Origin: Candidatus Multivoradales bacterium | Lineage (GTDB): Bacteria; Acidobacteriota; Thermoanaerobaculia; Multivoradales; JAHEKO01 | Assembly: GCA_965223855.1 (NCBI GenBank) | Contig: CBDCXM010000009.1 | Coordinates: 576,001-640,000, forward strand | Direction of reading: 5' to 3' | DNA length: 64,000 nucleotides | The notes under the pieces: model-generated | What the model was told of the DNA's origin: nothing | What the model saw: the letters and a program-made list of their open reading frames with translations, nothing else | Database searches by the model: none | Program-made: the position numbers and the translations under genes | In this document: positions 49,029 to 59,045 of the stretch, one piece after another | Layout: the number at the start of each line of letters is the position of its first letter | Numbering within the stretch: the stretch's first letter is position 1

Positions 49029-50639
49029 ATGGACAACCAAGGCCCGGCCGTGAATCGCCACGGCCTCGAACCGCACGGCATCACCGACGCCGCCACCGTT
49101 TACTGGAATCTCTCGGCGCCCGCCCTCTACGAACGGGCGCTCGCCAACGGCGAGGCCGAACTCACGGCACACGGGCCGCTGGCAGCACGCACCGGCGAGC
49201 GCACGGGGCGCTCCCCCAACGACAAGTTCGTCGTCAGGAGTGGCGCCTCGGCGGAGGAGATCTGGTGGGGCCAGGTCAATCGGCCGTTCGAGCCCGAGCG
49301 CTTCGAAGCCCTCGAGGCGAAGGTGCTCGACCACTACCGGGGACGGGACCTCTACGTCTTCGACGGCTATGCCGGCGCCGACCCCGAGCACCGGATGCGG
49401 GTGCGGGTGATCACCGAGTTCGCCTGGCACGCCCTGTTTGCCCGCAACATGTTCGTCCGCGAGACCGACCCGGAGGTGCTGGCCGGCTTCGAGCCTGAGT
49501 TCACGGTGCTGAGCGCGCCGACGCTCTCGGCCGACCCCGAGGCCGACGGGGTGAACTCGGAGGCGTTCATCGTCGTCGACATCGAGCGCCACAAGGTGCT
49601 CGTCGGCGGCACCCGCTACGCCGGCGAGATCAAGAAGAGCATCTTCTCGGTGATGAACTACTACCTGCCGCGCAAGGGGGTGCTGTCGATGCACTGCTCG
49701 GCCAACTACGGCGCGACGCCCGACGACACGGCGCTCTTCTTCGGCCTCTCCGGCACCGGCAAGACGACGCTCTCGGCCGACCCGAACCGCACCCTCATCG
49801 GTGACGACGAGCACGGCTGGAGCGAGCGCGGCACCTTCAACATCGAGGGGGGCTGTTACGCCAAGGTGATCCGGCTGTCGGCAGAGGGGGAGCCCGACAT
49901 CTACCGCACCACCCGCACCTTCGGCACCATCCTCGAGAACGTGGTGGTCGACCCGGCGACGCGCGAGCTCGACCTCGACGATGCGCGCTACACCGAGAAC
50001 ACCCGCTCGAGCTACCCGATCACCCAGCTGCCGAACGCCGACCTCGGCGGCTGCGCCGGCCACCCGAAGCAGATCCTCTTCCTCACCGCCGACGCCTTCG
50101 GCGTGCTGCCGCCGATCGCCCGGCTGACCGAGGAGCAGGCGCTCTACCACTTCCTCTCCGGCTACACCGCCAAGGTCGCCGGCACCGAGGGCGGGGTCAC
50201 CGAGCCCAAGGCGACCTTCTCGGCCTGCTTCGGAGCGCCGTTCATGCCGCTCCACCCGGGGCGCTACGCCGAACTGCTGGGCGAGAAGATCCGCCGCCAC
50301 GGCGCCACGGCGTGGCTGATCAACACCGGCTGGACCGGCGGCCCCTACGGCACCGGCGAGCGGATGAAGCTCTCCCACACCCGGCGCATGGTGACGGCGG
50401 CGCTCTGCGGCGAGCTCGACGCCACCCCCTGCCGCACCGATCCGGTGTTCGGCCTCGAAGTGCCCGAAGCAGTCGACGGAGTGCCGACCGGGGTTCTCGA
50501 CCCGCGCGGCACCTGGGCCGACCCGGTGGCCTACGACGAGCTGGCAGCGAAGCTGGCGCAGATGTTCCGCGACAACTTCGAGCCGTACCGCGACGGCGTC
50601 TCCGACGCGGTGGCAGCGGCCGGGCCGCCCGAGCGGTAG
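49029..50639 (+). CDS. pckA: Phosphoenolpyruvate carboxykinase (ATP)
   Basis: [67 protein letters not shown]. Confidence 0.96.
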   Translation: MDNQGPAVNRHGLEPHGITDAATVYWNLSAPALYERALANGEAELTAHGPLAARTGERTGRSPNDKFVVRSGASAEEIWWGQVNRPFEPERFEALEAKVLDHYRGRDLYVFDGYAGADPEHRMRVRVITEFAWHALFARNMFVRETDPEVLAGFEPEFTVLSAPTLSADPEADGVNSEAFIVVDIERHKVLVGGTRYAGEIKKSIFSVMNYYLPRKGVLSMHCSANYGATPDDTALFFGLSGTGKTTLSADPNRTLIGDDEHGWSERGTFNIEGGCYAKVIRLSAEGEPDIYRTTRTFGTILENVVVDPATRELDLDDARYTENTRSSYPITQLPNADLGGCAGHPKQILFLTADAFGVLPPIARLTEEQALYHFLSGYTAKVAGTEGGVTEPKATFSACFGAPFMPLHPGRYAELLGEKIRRHGATAWLINTGWTGGPYGTGERMKLSHTRRMVTAALCGELDATPCRTDPVFGLEVPEAVDGVPTGVLDPRGTWADPVAYDELAAKLAQMFRDNFEPYRDGVSDAVAAAGPPER

Positions 50640-50746
50640 AGCGTTCCCCATTCTTTGTTCGTGCCCATCGCCGAGGCGATCGGGCCGAGTCCGATCCTCG
50701 CGCTTCGGAGGGAGGGCATCGCCGCTGAGCTTGTGAGCCCGGCGCG

Positions 50747-52717
50747 CTAACGCGGAGTCACCCTGGCGTCGATCGAGGTGCCGACGAGCTTGCGCAGGCA
50801 GTCCGAGACGCCCCACCCGCCTGCGATGGCGGGGACCGCGAGGACCAGGGCAGCGAAGGGGCGACCGAGCAACAGGTGACCGAGGGCGAAGACGGTGCCG
50901 AAGATCAGCGCCAGACCGGCGACGACCCCGACGAGCGCGACTCGCAGCTCGCCTCGCGGCGGAGCCTCGACTCCGGCGAGAGCACGCACCGGCCCCCAGG
51001 CGCCCGCAGGGCGCAGACGGCGGTAGAAGTCGGTCAGCGAGGCCGGGTCAGGGCGGGGGCCGAAGGCGATCACCACGAGGGCCGCCGTCAGCGACGCACC
51101 GGCCACCATCACCAGTCGTCCCTCGTGAGCGATCGCGCCGCCCGGGCTCAACGGCCCGAGCGACCATTCGACCGGTGCCCACGTGACCGCCAGCGTCGTG
51201 GCCGCCGAGGTCAGCATGGCGGCGATCTCCGCCCACGCCGTTACCCGCCACCAGAACCAGCGCAGCAGATAGACCGGGCCGACACCGCCGAGGAACGAGA
51301 TGAAGAGGGTGAAGAGCGCGGCGATCGACGACGCCCGGGAGGCAGCGACCGCCGCCGCCGCGAGCACCGCGGCACTCGCCGCCCGACCGGCCCACACGTA
51401 GTGGCGCTCCGATGCGTCGGTCCTCAGGAAGCGCCGGTAGACGTCGTTGACGAAGAACGACGCCGCGACGTTGATCTGGGTGTCGATGGTCGACATGAAG
51501 GCGGCCAGGAGCGACGCCGCCATCAGCCCCAGGAGGCCGACCGGCAGGTAGCGCTTGAGCATCACCACGTAGGCGCGCTCCGAGTCGGTCACGGCGACGA
51601 GCTCGCCTGCCGTCACCGCATCGCCCGCTTCGACCCTGGGGACGGCCTGCCAGTCCGGCGCGCTCCCTTCGCCCAGGAGCGGCAGGAGCCGCTCTTCGCC
51701 GTCGGCACCGACCAGATGAATCCCGGTCGAGCTCACGATCGACACGGTGCCGTCGACCGGCGCTTCGACCGTCAGGGGGGGCAGCACGAGGAGCGAGGCG
51801 ATCGCGACCACAATCCACGGCCACGGCCGTAGCGCATTGTTGGCGACCGCGAACCACACCACCGCCAGAACCCCCTGGCGCTCGTCGCGGGTCGCCGAGA
51901 TCCGCTGCACGGTCAGCGGTGCTCCGTCTGCGCTCTCGACGGCGAACCAGGCGAGGCCGAGGTAGACCGCCAGCGCCGCGACCGGGGTGGTCCAGAAGCT
52001 CGCTTCGAGGGGTGTGCCGGGGCCGGGCGGAGGCAGAAAGGCGAGTCGGTCGGCCGGCACCGCTCCGGAGGCGACCGCCTCCCAGAGCGCCGGTGCTCCG
52101 CCGATCGCCTGCCAGGCGAGCACCGCCAGCACCACCGCGCCGATCATCGACAGGGTGAACTGCGCGAGATCGGTGACCACCACTCCCCACAGGCCGGCCG
52201 CCAGCGAATAGGCAAGAGCGATCGCGCAGGCGAAGGCGAGCGCCACCACCTTGTCGACGCCGAAGAGGACGTCGACGATCTTCGCTGCCGCCAGCAGCAC
52301 CCAGCACAGGCCGATGACGTCGACGAAGCCGGCATGGAGGGCGCCGAGGAAGCCGCGCAGCCAGCGCGCCCCGCGGTCGCCGTAGCGCAGCTCGGCGAAC
52401 TCCGCCTTCGTCATCACGGCGCCGCGCCGCCACCAGCGGGCGAAGACGAAGCCGGTGACGAGGCCGGTGATGGCGTAGCACCACCACAGCCAGTTCTTCC
52501 AGATGCCGAAGTCGCGCACCCAGCCGGTGATCACCAGCGGCGTGTCGATGGCGAAGGTGGTGGCGACGATCGACGTCCCGGCGAGCCACCAGGGGAGCTT
52601 GCGGCCGGCGAGGAAGAAGTCGTCGGCGCCGCCACTTCCGCGGCGCGCGAGCACCGCACCCGCGGTCAGAGCGAAGACGACGTAGGCGCCGACCAGCCAC
52701 CAGTCGAGGGGGTGCAT
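50747..52717 (-). CDS. Sodium:solute symporter family protein
   Basis: FFLAGR.LPWW.AG.S..ATTF..DTP, NWLWW, GV..TD..QF, AA.MST..T..N...S....D.Y. Confidence 0.9.
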   Translation of the reverse strand: MHPLDWWLVGAYVVFALTAGAVLARRGSGGADDFFLAGRKLPWWLAGTSIVATTFAIDTPLVITGWVRDFGIWKNWLWWCYAITGLVTGFVFARWWRRGAVMTKAEFAELRYGDRGARWLRGFLGALHAGFVDVIGLCWVLLAAAKIVDVLFGVDKVVALAFACAIALAYSLAAGLWGVVVTDLAQFTLSMIGAVVLAVLAWQAIGGAPALWEAVASGAVPADRLAFLPPPGPGTPLEASFWTTPVAALAVYLGLAWFAVESADGAPLTVQRISATRDERQGVLAVVWFAVANNALRPWPWIVVAIASLLVLPPLTVEAPVDGTVSIVSSTGIHLVGADGEERLLPLLGEGSAPDWQAVPRVEAGDAVTAGELVAVTDSERAYVVMLKRYLPVGLLGLMAASLLAAFMSTIDTQINVAASFFVNDVYRRFLRTDASERHYVWAGRAASAAVLAAAAVAASRASSIAALFTLFISFLGGVGPVYLLRWFWWRVTAWAEIAAMLTSAATTLAVTWAPVEWSLGPLSPGGAIAHEGRLVMVAGASLTAALVVIAFGPRPDPASLTDFYRRLRPAGAWGPVRALAGVEAPPRGELRVALVGVVAGLALIFGTVFALGHLLLGRPFAALVLAVPAIAGGWGVSDCLRKLVGTSIDARVTPR

Positions 52718-52776
52718 GGGAGCAGTCTATGCTCCACGGGCATCCCGCTCGCCGACCCACCCGATGGCCGAGCGAC

Positions 52777-53781
52777 CTATTGGATCGTCACGTTCCAGAC
52801 GCTGGTGTCGCCGCTCTCGAAGCCGTCGGCGAAGATGAAGAGGTCCGCCGGGATGATCCTCGTGGTCCGGGTCGGTCCACCGCCGCTGAGCTCGGCTCGC
52901 ACCCGACCTTCGCCGAGAGCGTTCAGCTGATCGGGCGTCATCTCGCACTCGAAGCTGAAGTCCTCTGGGATCGAGAAGAACTCGCAGATCGTCTCGTCGC
53001 CGCCGAGCGACATCTCCTCGATCGTCGAGCGAGTCAACCTCAAGTCGGAGATTCCGCCGGTCCCGGGAGAGCCCAGGTAGCGCCCGCTCCATGCAGTCCC
53101 GAGCGGCTCTCTCCCCTGGATGGTCTCCTGGGTCAGGTTGAAGCGACCGTAGAAGGTGTAGACGCCGGCGCCGAACGCGGCTGAACTGAGGTTCGGATTG
53201 CCGTTGGTGCACGGATCGGCCGGCACGGCGCCGTTGACGCCGGTCCAGCAGGCCATGTCCTGGGGACCTATCTGGTCGGCGACCAGAAACTGACCCGCAG
53301 TGTCGTCGCCGTCGAAGTCGGTGCTGACGAAGAAGTCGGCGCCATGGAGAGCGTCGTTGAGATTGCCGTTGCTGGGGATGGGATCGAGGTCGAAGATTCC
53401 CTGGCCGGGGAAGATCGGGACGTTGACGAGGGTGAAGGAGGCTGGCTGGCTGCGTGGACCGCCGGGCATGGGAGGTCCGTCCGCCGGCGACGCCGGCGGC
53501 CGCAGCGCGATCCTCACCGGCATATCGGGCGCACCGCTCCCCAGCCGAGTGACCCCGATCCGGACTCTTGTCACCCACGTCCTGCCGCCGCGCAGACAGG
53601 CGGCGGGGACGCTCATGCGGACCGCGAACTCGCGCACAACGCCGGGTTCCGCGCCGATGCCGTTATCGACCGTCTGCCACGGCACGATGTCGCACGGATC
53701 CCCGAGCTCGACCTGAGCTGTCGCCGGCGCCGTGCCGGCAAGGATCGACAAACCGAGGAGAAGGGCGGCGCTGACTCGCAT
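52777..53781 (-). CDS. Secreted hypothetical protein with CHRD-like region and C-terminal IFADGFESGD tail
   Basis: Signal peptide; 'FYGRF', 'QLNAL.EG' CHRD-like pattern; ends FIFADGFESGDTSVW. Confidence 0.6.
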   Translation of the reverse strand: MRVSAALLLGLSILAGTAPATAQVELGDPCDIVPWQTVDNGIGAEPGVVREFAVRMSVPAACLRGGRTWVTRVRIGVTRLGSGAPDMPVRIALRPPASPADGPPMPGGPRSQPASFTLVNVPIFPGQGIFDLDPIPSNGNLNDALHGADFFVSTDFDGDDTAGQFLVADQIGPQDMACWTGVNGAVPADPCTNGNPNLSSAAFGAGVYTFYGRFNLTQETIQGREPLGTAWSGRYLGSPGTGGISDLRLTRSTIEEMSLGGDETICEFFSIPEDFSFECEMTPDQLNALGEGRVRAELSGGGPTRTTRIIPADLFIFADGFESGDTSVWNVTIQ

Positions 53782-53884
53782 GACGACCTCCGTTCTGAGC
53801 GTTGCGCTCGTCTTTCGGGATGAAAGGGAGGCTATCAGCGGTCCCGGCAATCGAGCCGGGCCATGGTCGAATCCAGATCGACCC

Positions 53885-53922
53885 CGGTTATACGCAGTTT
53901 CAGTGTAAACTGCGTATAACCG
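53885..53922. promoter_or_regulatory. Perfect 16-bp inverted repeat (putative operator) abutting the nucleotidyltransferase start
   Basis: CGGTTATACGCAGTTT-cagtgt-AAACTGCGTATAACCG. Confidence 0.7.
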
Positions 53923-54965
53923 TGAGCGCTGAACGCCTGCCCGAGTCCACCCAGAATCTCTATGTGGAGCTGCTGGATCAGTCGATCCGGGCCGAGGCCG
54001 AGCGCGTTGCACGCCGCCTTCCGGCGCGGGGGCAGTTCGTCTCCAAGACAGTCAAGGGCGGGCTCTACTGGTATCTGCAGCGCCACGAAGCCGGACGCAA
54101 GCGGCAGTACTACGTCGGCAGAGACTCCGAGTCCCTGGTGTCGTGGATGCGTTACGCCTCGGAGGGTCATCGCGAAGTCAAGCTCGACGACGACCGGCGG
54201 GCCGAGCTGGTCGAGATGTTGGTGCTGGGTGGTGCCACTCGTGAGGACGCTTCGACCGGGCGGGTCCTTGAGGTGCTTGCCGAGGCGGGGGTCTTTCGGC
54301 TCGGCGGCGTCCTGATCGGTACCCAGGCGTTCCGCTGCTACGGCAACGCGCTAGGGGTCCGCTTCGAGTCGCAGACCCTGCGCACACAGGATGTCGATCT
54401 CGCCTACGACCCGGCTGTCCCGGTCGCGATCGACCCTGCGCGCGTCCCGCGGCCCATCCAGGAACTCCTTCAAAAGGCCGACGCGCGATTCCTCGCGGTC
54501 CCCTCACTAGACCCGCGAAGCCCGTCGACCGCCTTCAAGGTGCGTGGGCGCGACCTGCGCGTCGATCTGGTCGCCCCGGCTCGAAGTCCGGAAGACGAAG
54601 GACCGATTCGACTCCCGCACCTTCAAGCCGCCGCTCAACCGGTCGCCTTTCTCGACTATCTGCTCGAAGAGACGATGCAGGCGGTGGTCCTTTCGGGCGA
54701 CGCTCCGCTCGTCAATCTCCCCGGTCCGGGTCGCTTCGCCCTCCACAAGCTCTGGCTGTCAGGGCAGAGACCCACTACGTTCGAGGCGAGAGCACGGAAG
54801 GACCTCCGGCAAGGCGGTGAGATGCTCGAAGTGCTCGTCGAAGACCGACCGGGGGAAGTCAGGCGGGCCTGGAATGCGCTGACAGCCGAACGGCAAGATC
54901 AGGTCGCGACGGCAGCACGGGCGCTGCCTGACGCGCAGCAACAAGCCATTGAGGCGCTGATCTGA
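53922..54965 (+). CDS. GSU2403-family nucleotidyltransferase-fold protein
   Basis: Y.EL..., KG..YWY......Q.YVG, GVFRLGGVLIGT.AF..Y...LG, RTQDVDLA, P.RFALHKL, KD..Q. Confidence 0.8.
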   Translation: MSAERLPESTQNLYVELLDQSIRAEAERVARRLPARGQFVSKTVKGGLYWYLQRHEAGRKRQYYVGRDSESLVSWMRYASEGHREVKLDDDRRAELVEMLVLGGATREDASTGRVLEVLAEAGVFRLGGVLIGTQAFRCYGNALGVRFESQTLRTQDVDLAYDPAVPVAIDPARVPRPIQELLQKADARFLAVPSLDPRSPSTAFKVRGRDLRVDLVAPARSPEDEGPIRLPHLQAAAQPVAFLDYLLEETMQAVVLSGDAPLVNLPGPGRFALHKLWLSGQRPTTFEARARKDLRQGGEMLEVLVEDRPGEVRRAWNALTAERQDQVATAARALPDAQQQAIEALI

Positions 54966-55120
54966 GTCCGACCCTATGGACCGCGAGCCCCGATGAACTA
55001 CGACCGTAAACGGGCGGCTTCGCCTTGATCGCTCGCATCGACACGCGCGGCTACGACGTCGAGGGCAGGGCCACACTCCTGCCGGAGAAGAAGAGCCTTC
55101 ATTTCCGGCCGACGGCCGCG

Positions 55121-55663
55121 ATGGGAACCTATCTGAGCGGCGAGCTGCAAGTCCGGTTGGAGACCCTCGAGGAGCTGCAGGGTTTCCTGCGCAGCTGTCG
55201 CTACGTGTCCGATCCGGAGCAGTTCGGCGTCAGGGACTACTGGGCTCATCCCAGCGAGTTCGAGCGCACCCGGAAGGGCGACTGCGACTGCTTCTCCCTC
55301 TACGCGTGGCGGCAGCTGGTGGAAATGGGCTACGAGGCACGCTTTGTCATCGGCCGCGCCGGCTACGGCCGGCGGTGCCATGCCTGGGTGACGTTCCTCT
55401 CCGGCGACATCTGGTTCCTCCTGGAGCCCGTCGCGGCGAGACGCAGGGAGCTGTCCCGTCTCGCGACCATGATGTACGAGCCGACCCTGTCGGTCTCCTG
55501 GGACGGGAAGCGCTGCAGGTACCACCAGCATCGGCCTCGAGACTACGAGCCGACGTTCACTGAGTCGCTCGTCATCGCGTTCGAGTGGATCCCGTTGTTC
55601 CTGAGTCGGTGGGCTCGCCGGCCCTTCCTCTGGGGCTGGTCGAAGCTGCGCCGCGCAGGCTGA
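55121..55663 (+). CDS. Transglutaminase-like cysteine peptidase domain protein
   Basis: Y..D...FG..DYW..P.EF....GDCDC, HAWV, LEP. Confidence 0.7.
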   Translation: MGTYLSGELQVRLETLEELQGFLRSCRYVSDPEQFGVRDYWAHPSEFERTRKGDCDCFSLYAWRQLVEMGYEARFVIGRAGYGRRCHAWVTFLSGDIWFLLEPVAARRRELSRLATMMYEPTLSVSWDGKRCRYHQHRPRDYEPTFTESLVIAFEWIPLFLSRWARRPFLWGWSKLRRAG

Positions 55664-55809
55664 GTGGCCGCAGTTTCGCTTCGCGGCGGTCCCCGACCCC
55701 CATTTCCCGGCAGCGAACCATTGCACACCCGGCCTGTGAAGCAGGCCGTAGGAGCGACGGCGGCTGGTCTCTAGCATCTGGGGTCCAAATACCCTCGAGG
55801 AGGATTGCC

Positions 55810-57543
55810 GTGGGCAAGACAGCGCAAGACGAGCGAGAGCGGACCAGCCGGCGGGAGCTGTGGCGCTCGCTGACGAGATCCGGGTCGAGCGCCGCCGCGG
55901 CTCCCCGGCCCGAAGAGATCGCTCTGCGGCGACCCGGCAAGAGCGCCCTGGTAGACCGCGGCGACGCACCCGAGGGCGGCCCGGTCACCCCGTCGGGGGC
56001 GGTCATCGCCCTCAACCGGATGGGCTACGGCCCGCGGCCCGGGGACATCGCGGCCTTCAACGCTCTGGGCGGCAACGACACCGCGCGGATGGCGGCCTAC
56101 GTCGCCCAGCAGCTCGACCCCGACTCGATCAACGACAGCGAGGTCGAGGCGCGGATCGCAGCGGCCAACTTCGAGTCGGTCGACATCGGCAACGGTCTCG
56201 ACCACTACCTGACGCTGCTGTGGGCCTGGTACATCAACGACCAGGCGCCGAGCGGCAACACCTCCTCGAGCTGGCCGCGCGACGAGCTGATCCGTGCGAC
56301 CTTCCTGCGGGCGATGTATTCGAAGCGCCAGTTGCTGGAAGTGATGGTCGAGTTCTGGCACGACCACTTCAACGTCTACTCGAGCGCCAGCTCGTGGATC
56401 CGCGCCACGATCCCTCATCTCGACCGGATCCTGCGCAACAACGCCTTCGGCAACTTCCGCTCGATGCTCGAGCGGGTGGCGAAGGCGCCGGCGATGCTGC
56501 GCTATCTCGACAACTACACGAGCTCGAACGCCGGCCCGAACGAGAACTACAGCCGCGAGCTCTTCGAGCTTCACACCCTGGGGGCGGAGAACTACCTCGG
56601 CACCATCCCGCAGAGCCAGGTGCCGCTCGACGGCGACGGCATTCCGATCGGCTACGTCGACGCCGACGTCTTCGAGTCGACCCGCTGCTTCACCGGCTGG
56701 TCGTTCGCCTACGGCACCGGCGGCGACCCCGACAACGGCCTCTTCTACTACCGCTCCGACTGGCACGACCGCTTCCAGAAGTTCGTCCTCGGCAATTTCA
56801 TCCCGCAGGATCAGCCCGACCTCGCGGACGGCAAGGACGTCCTCGACGCGCTCGCCTCCCACCCCGGCACCGGACGCCACATCGCCCGCAAGCTGTGCCG
56901 CAAGTTCATCGGCGACGACCCGCCGCAGTCGGTGATCGACGCGGCGGCGGGAAAATTCACGCAACGCTGGCAGTCAGGCACCCAGATCGAGCAGGTACTC
57001 GAGGTCATTCTTCTTTCGCCCGAGTTCCTCGCCACCTGGGGTGAAAAGACCAAGCGCCCCTACGAGCTGGCGGTCAGTGCGATGCGCGCCGGCGGAGCCG
57101 ACTTCACGCTCAAGATGGACGACGGCGACACCAGCGACTTCCTGTGGCGCTATCGCTCGACCGGCCAGGAGCGCTTCGCATGGCCGGCCCCGAACGGCTA
57201 TCCCGACGTGCGGGGTGCCTGGGCGAGCATGAGCCCCCGGGTCCAGGGATGGCGTCTCGCCAACTGGCTGATCGACTTCGACGACGACAACGATCAGTTC
57301 TTCCTCAACGTTCTGAGTCAGACGCCCGGCGGGGTGCGCACCGCCAACGAGCTCGCCGACTTCTGGATCAATCGCATCCTCGGGCGCCCCATGGAGAGTG
57401 GCGACCGGGCGGAGATCGTCGACTTCATGGCGCAGGGGGTCAACCCTGACTTCGATCTCGATCTGAACGACGATGACACCCGCGACCGGGTGAGGTCGAT
57501 GGTCGGCCTGATCTTCATGTCGCCCGATTTCCTCTGGCGCTAG
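55810..57543 (+). CDS. DUF1800 family protein
   Basis: LNR.GYGPRPG, QL.E.M..FW.DHF, PAML.YLDN, PNENY.REL.ELHTLG, DV.E..R.FTGW, P.PNGY. Confidence 0.9.
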   Translation: MGKTAQDERERTSRRELWRSLTRSGSSAAAAPRPEEIALRRPGKSALVDRGDAPEGGPVTPSGAVIALNRMGYGPRPGDIAAFNALGGNDTARMAAYVAQQLDPDSINDSEVEARIAAANFESVDIGNGLDHYLTLLWAWYINDQAPSGNTSSSWPRDELIRATFLRAMYSKRQLLEVMVEFWHDHFNVYSSASSWIRATIPHLDRILRNNAFGNFRSMLERVAKAPAMLRYLDNYTSSNAGPNENYSRELFELHTLGAENYLGTIPQSQVPLDGDGIPIGYVDADVFESTRCFTGWSFAYGTGGDPDNGLFYYRSDWHDRFQKFVLGNFIPQDQPDLADGKDVLDALASHPGTGRHIARKLCRKFIGDDPPQSVIDAAAGKFTQRWQSGTQIEQVLEVILLSPEFLATWGEKTKRPYELAVSAMRAGGADFTLKMDDGDTSDFLWRYRSTGQERFAWPAPNGYPDVRGAWASMSPRVQGWRLANWLIDFDDDNDQFFLNVLSQTPGGVRTANELADFWINRILGRPMESGDRAEIVDFMAQGVNPDFDLDLNDDDTRDRVRSMVGLIFMSPDFLWR

Positions 57544-57578
57544 AGAACCCCGGGCAGACCGGTATCAAGGAGAACACG

Positions 57579-58949
57579 ATGAGCATGACTCGGAGAGGTT
57601 TCGTCACCGGTTGTTCCGCCGCCGTCGCGGCTTACGCGGGCACCAGCTTCAACACTCTCGCCTTCGGCGATCCGAACGGCACCACCGACGAGATTCTGGT
57701 CACGATCTTCCTGCGGGGCGGCATCGACGGGCTCAACGTCATCTGCCCGATCGCCGGCGCCGACCGCGGGCACTACGAGGCCGCCCGCCCCGACCTGGCG
57801 ATTCCCCTCACCGGGTCCAACCGCGCGCTGACCCTCAACAGCCAGTTCGGCATGCACCCGGCGGGCGACACCTGGCCGAGCGGCAGTCCGGTGCCCCCGG
57901 CGACGCTCTACGAGCTCTACCAGGCCAACAAACTGTCGGTCGTCGTCGCCGCGGGGATGAACGAGGGCAACCGGTCGCACTTCGATTCGATGGGCTACAT
58001 GGAACTCGGCACGCCGGGAACTCTCTCGACACCGACCGGCTGGCTCACCCGCCACCTGCAGAGCGCCAGCGGCTCGCCGCTCAACATCGTCGTGCCGTCG
58101 CTGGCCGTCGGGAACATGCAGCAGAACTCGCTGCGCGGCAGCCTCGAGACGCTGAACATGACCGATCCGGACAGCTTCACCTTCAACACCGGACCGTGGG
58201 ACTGGCGCGACGCCCAGCGGTTGGCGCTGCGCAACCTCTTCGACGGCTCGTCGTGGATGCACCAGACCGGCACCGCCAGTCTCGACGCCATCGACATCAT
58301 CGAGCTCAACGGCGGTGGCGGCGACTACGAGCCGGACAACGGTGCGGTCTACCCGAGCACCACCTTCGGCAACCACCTCCAGACGATCGCGCTGATGGTC
58401 AAGCTCGAACTCGGCCTCAAGGTGGCGACGATCGACTTCGGCGGCTGGGACACCCACAACGGCCAGGGCAACGACGGCACCGGCTACTTCTTCTCGCACT
58501 TCGAGGAGCTGGCGCGCGGCATGGCGGCGTTCTACACCGACCTCGACGGCTCGGGAGCGAGCAACTACACCGATCGCCTCACCGTGGTCGTGATGAGCGA
58601 GTTCGGACGCCGGCTGGCGGAGAACGCCGACAACGGCTCCGACCACGGGCACGGCAACATGATGTTCGTGCTCTCCGGCAACGCCACCGGCGGGATCCAC
58701 GGTCCGTGGCCCGGGCTCGCCAACGGTCAGCTCTATCAGGGCGCCGACCTCGAGGTGGAGACCGACTTCCGCCAGGTGCTCTCGGAGATCCTGATCCGGC
58801 GCACGGGGAACGTGGCGATCGACCAGGTGTTCCCCGGCTACACCGGCTACACCCCGCTCGGAGTCGTCAACGGATCGGACCCGAACGCGATCTTCAGCGA
58901 CGGCTTCGAATCGGGCGACACCTCGGCCTGGTCGAACACCGTCGGCTGA
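57579..58949 (+). CDS. DUF1501 family protein (Tat-exported) with IFSDGFESGD tail
   Basis: TRRGF twin-arginine signal; FLRGG.DGL, RSHFD, GGWDTH, SEFGR, N...G.DHG.G, DFR. Confidence 0.9.
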   Translation: MSMTRRGFVTGCSAAVAAYAGTSFNTLAFGDPNGTTDEILVTIFLRGGIDGLNVICPIAGADRGHYEAARPDLAIPLTGSNRALTLNSQFGMHPAGDTWPSGSPVPPATLYELYQANKLSVVVAAGMNEGNRSHFDSMGYMELGTPGTLSTPTGWLTRHLQSASGSPLNIVVPSLAVGNMQQNSLRGSLETLNMTDPDSFTFNTGPWDWRDAQRLALRNLFDGSSWMHQTGTASLDAIDIIELNGGGGDYEPDNGAVYPSTTFGNHLQTIALMVKLELGLKVATIDFGGWDTHNGQGNDGTGYFFSHFEELARGMAAFYTDLDGSGASNYTDRLTVVVMSEFGRRLAENADNGSDHGHGNMMFVLSGNATGGIHGPWPGLANGQLYQGADLEVETDFRQVLSEILIRRTGNVAIDQVFPGYTGYTPLGVVNGSDPNAIFSDGFESGDTSAWSNTVG

Positions 58950-59045
58950 GCGGTCAGGTAGCCGGAGCGCCCTCGTGTAGGCTCCTCTCGCCCGGGGTCG
59001 TGCACATCGGCACGTTCCCCGGGGCACTTCCCCGGAGGAGACCGC

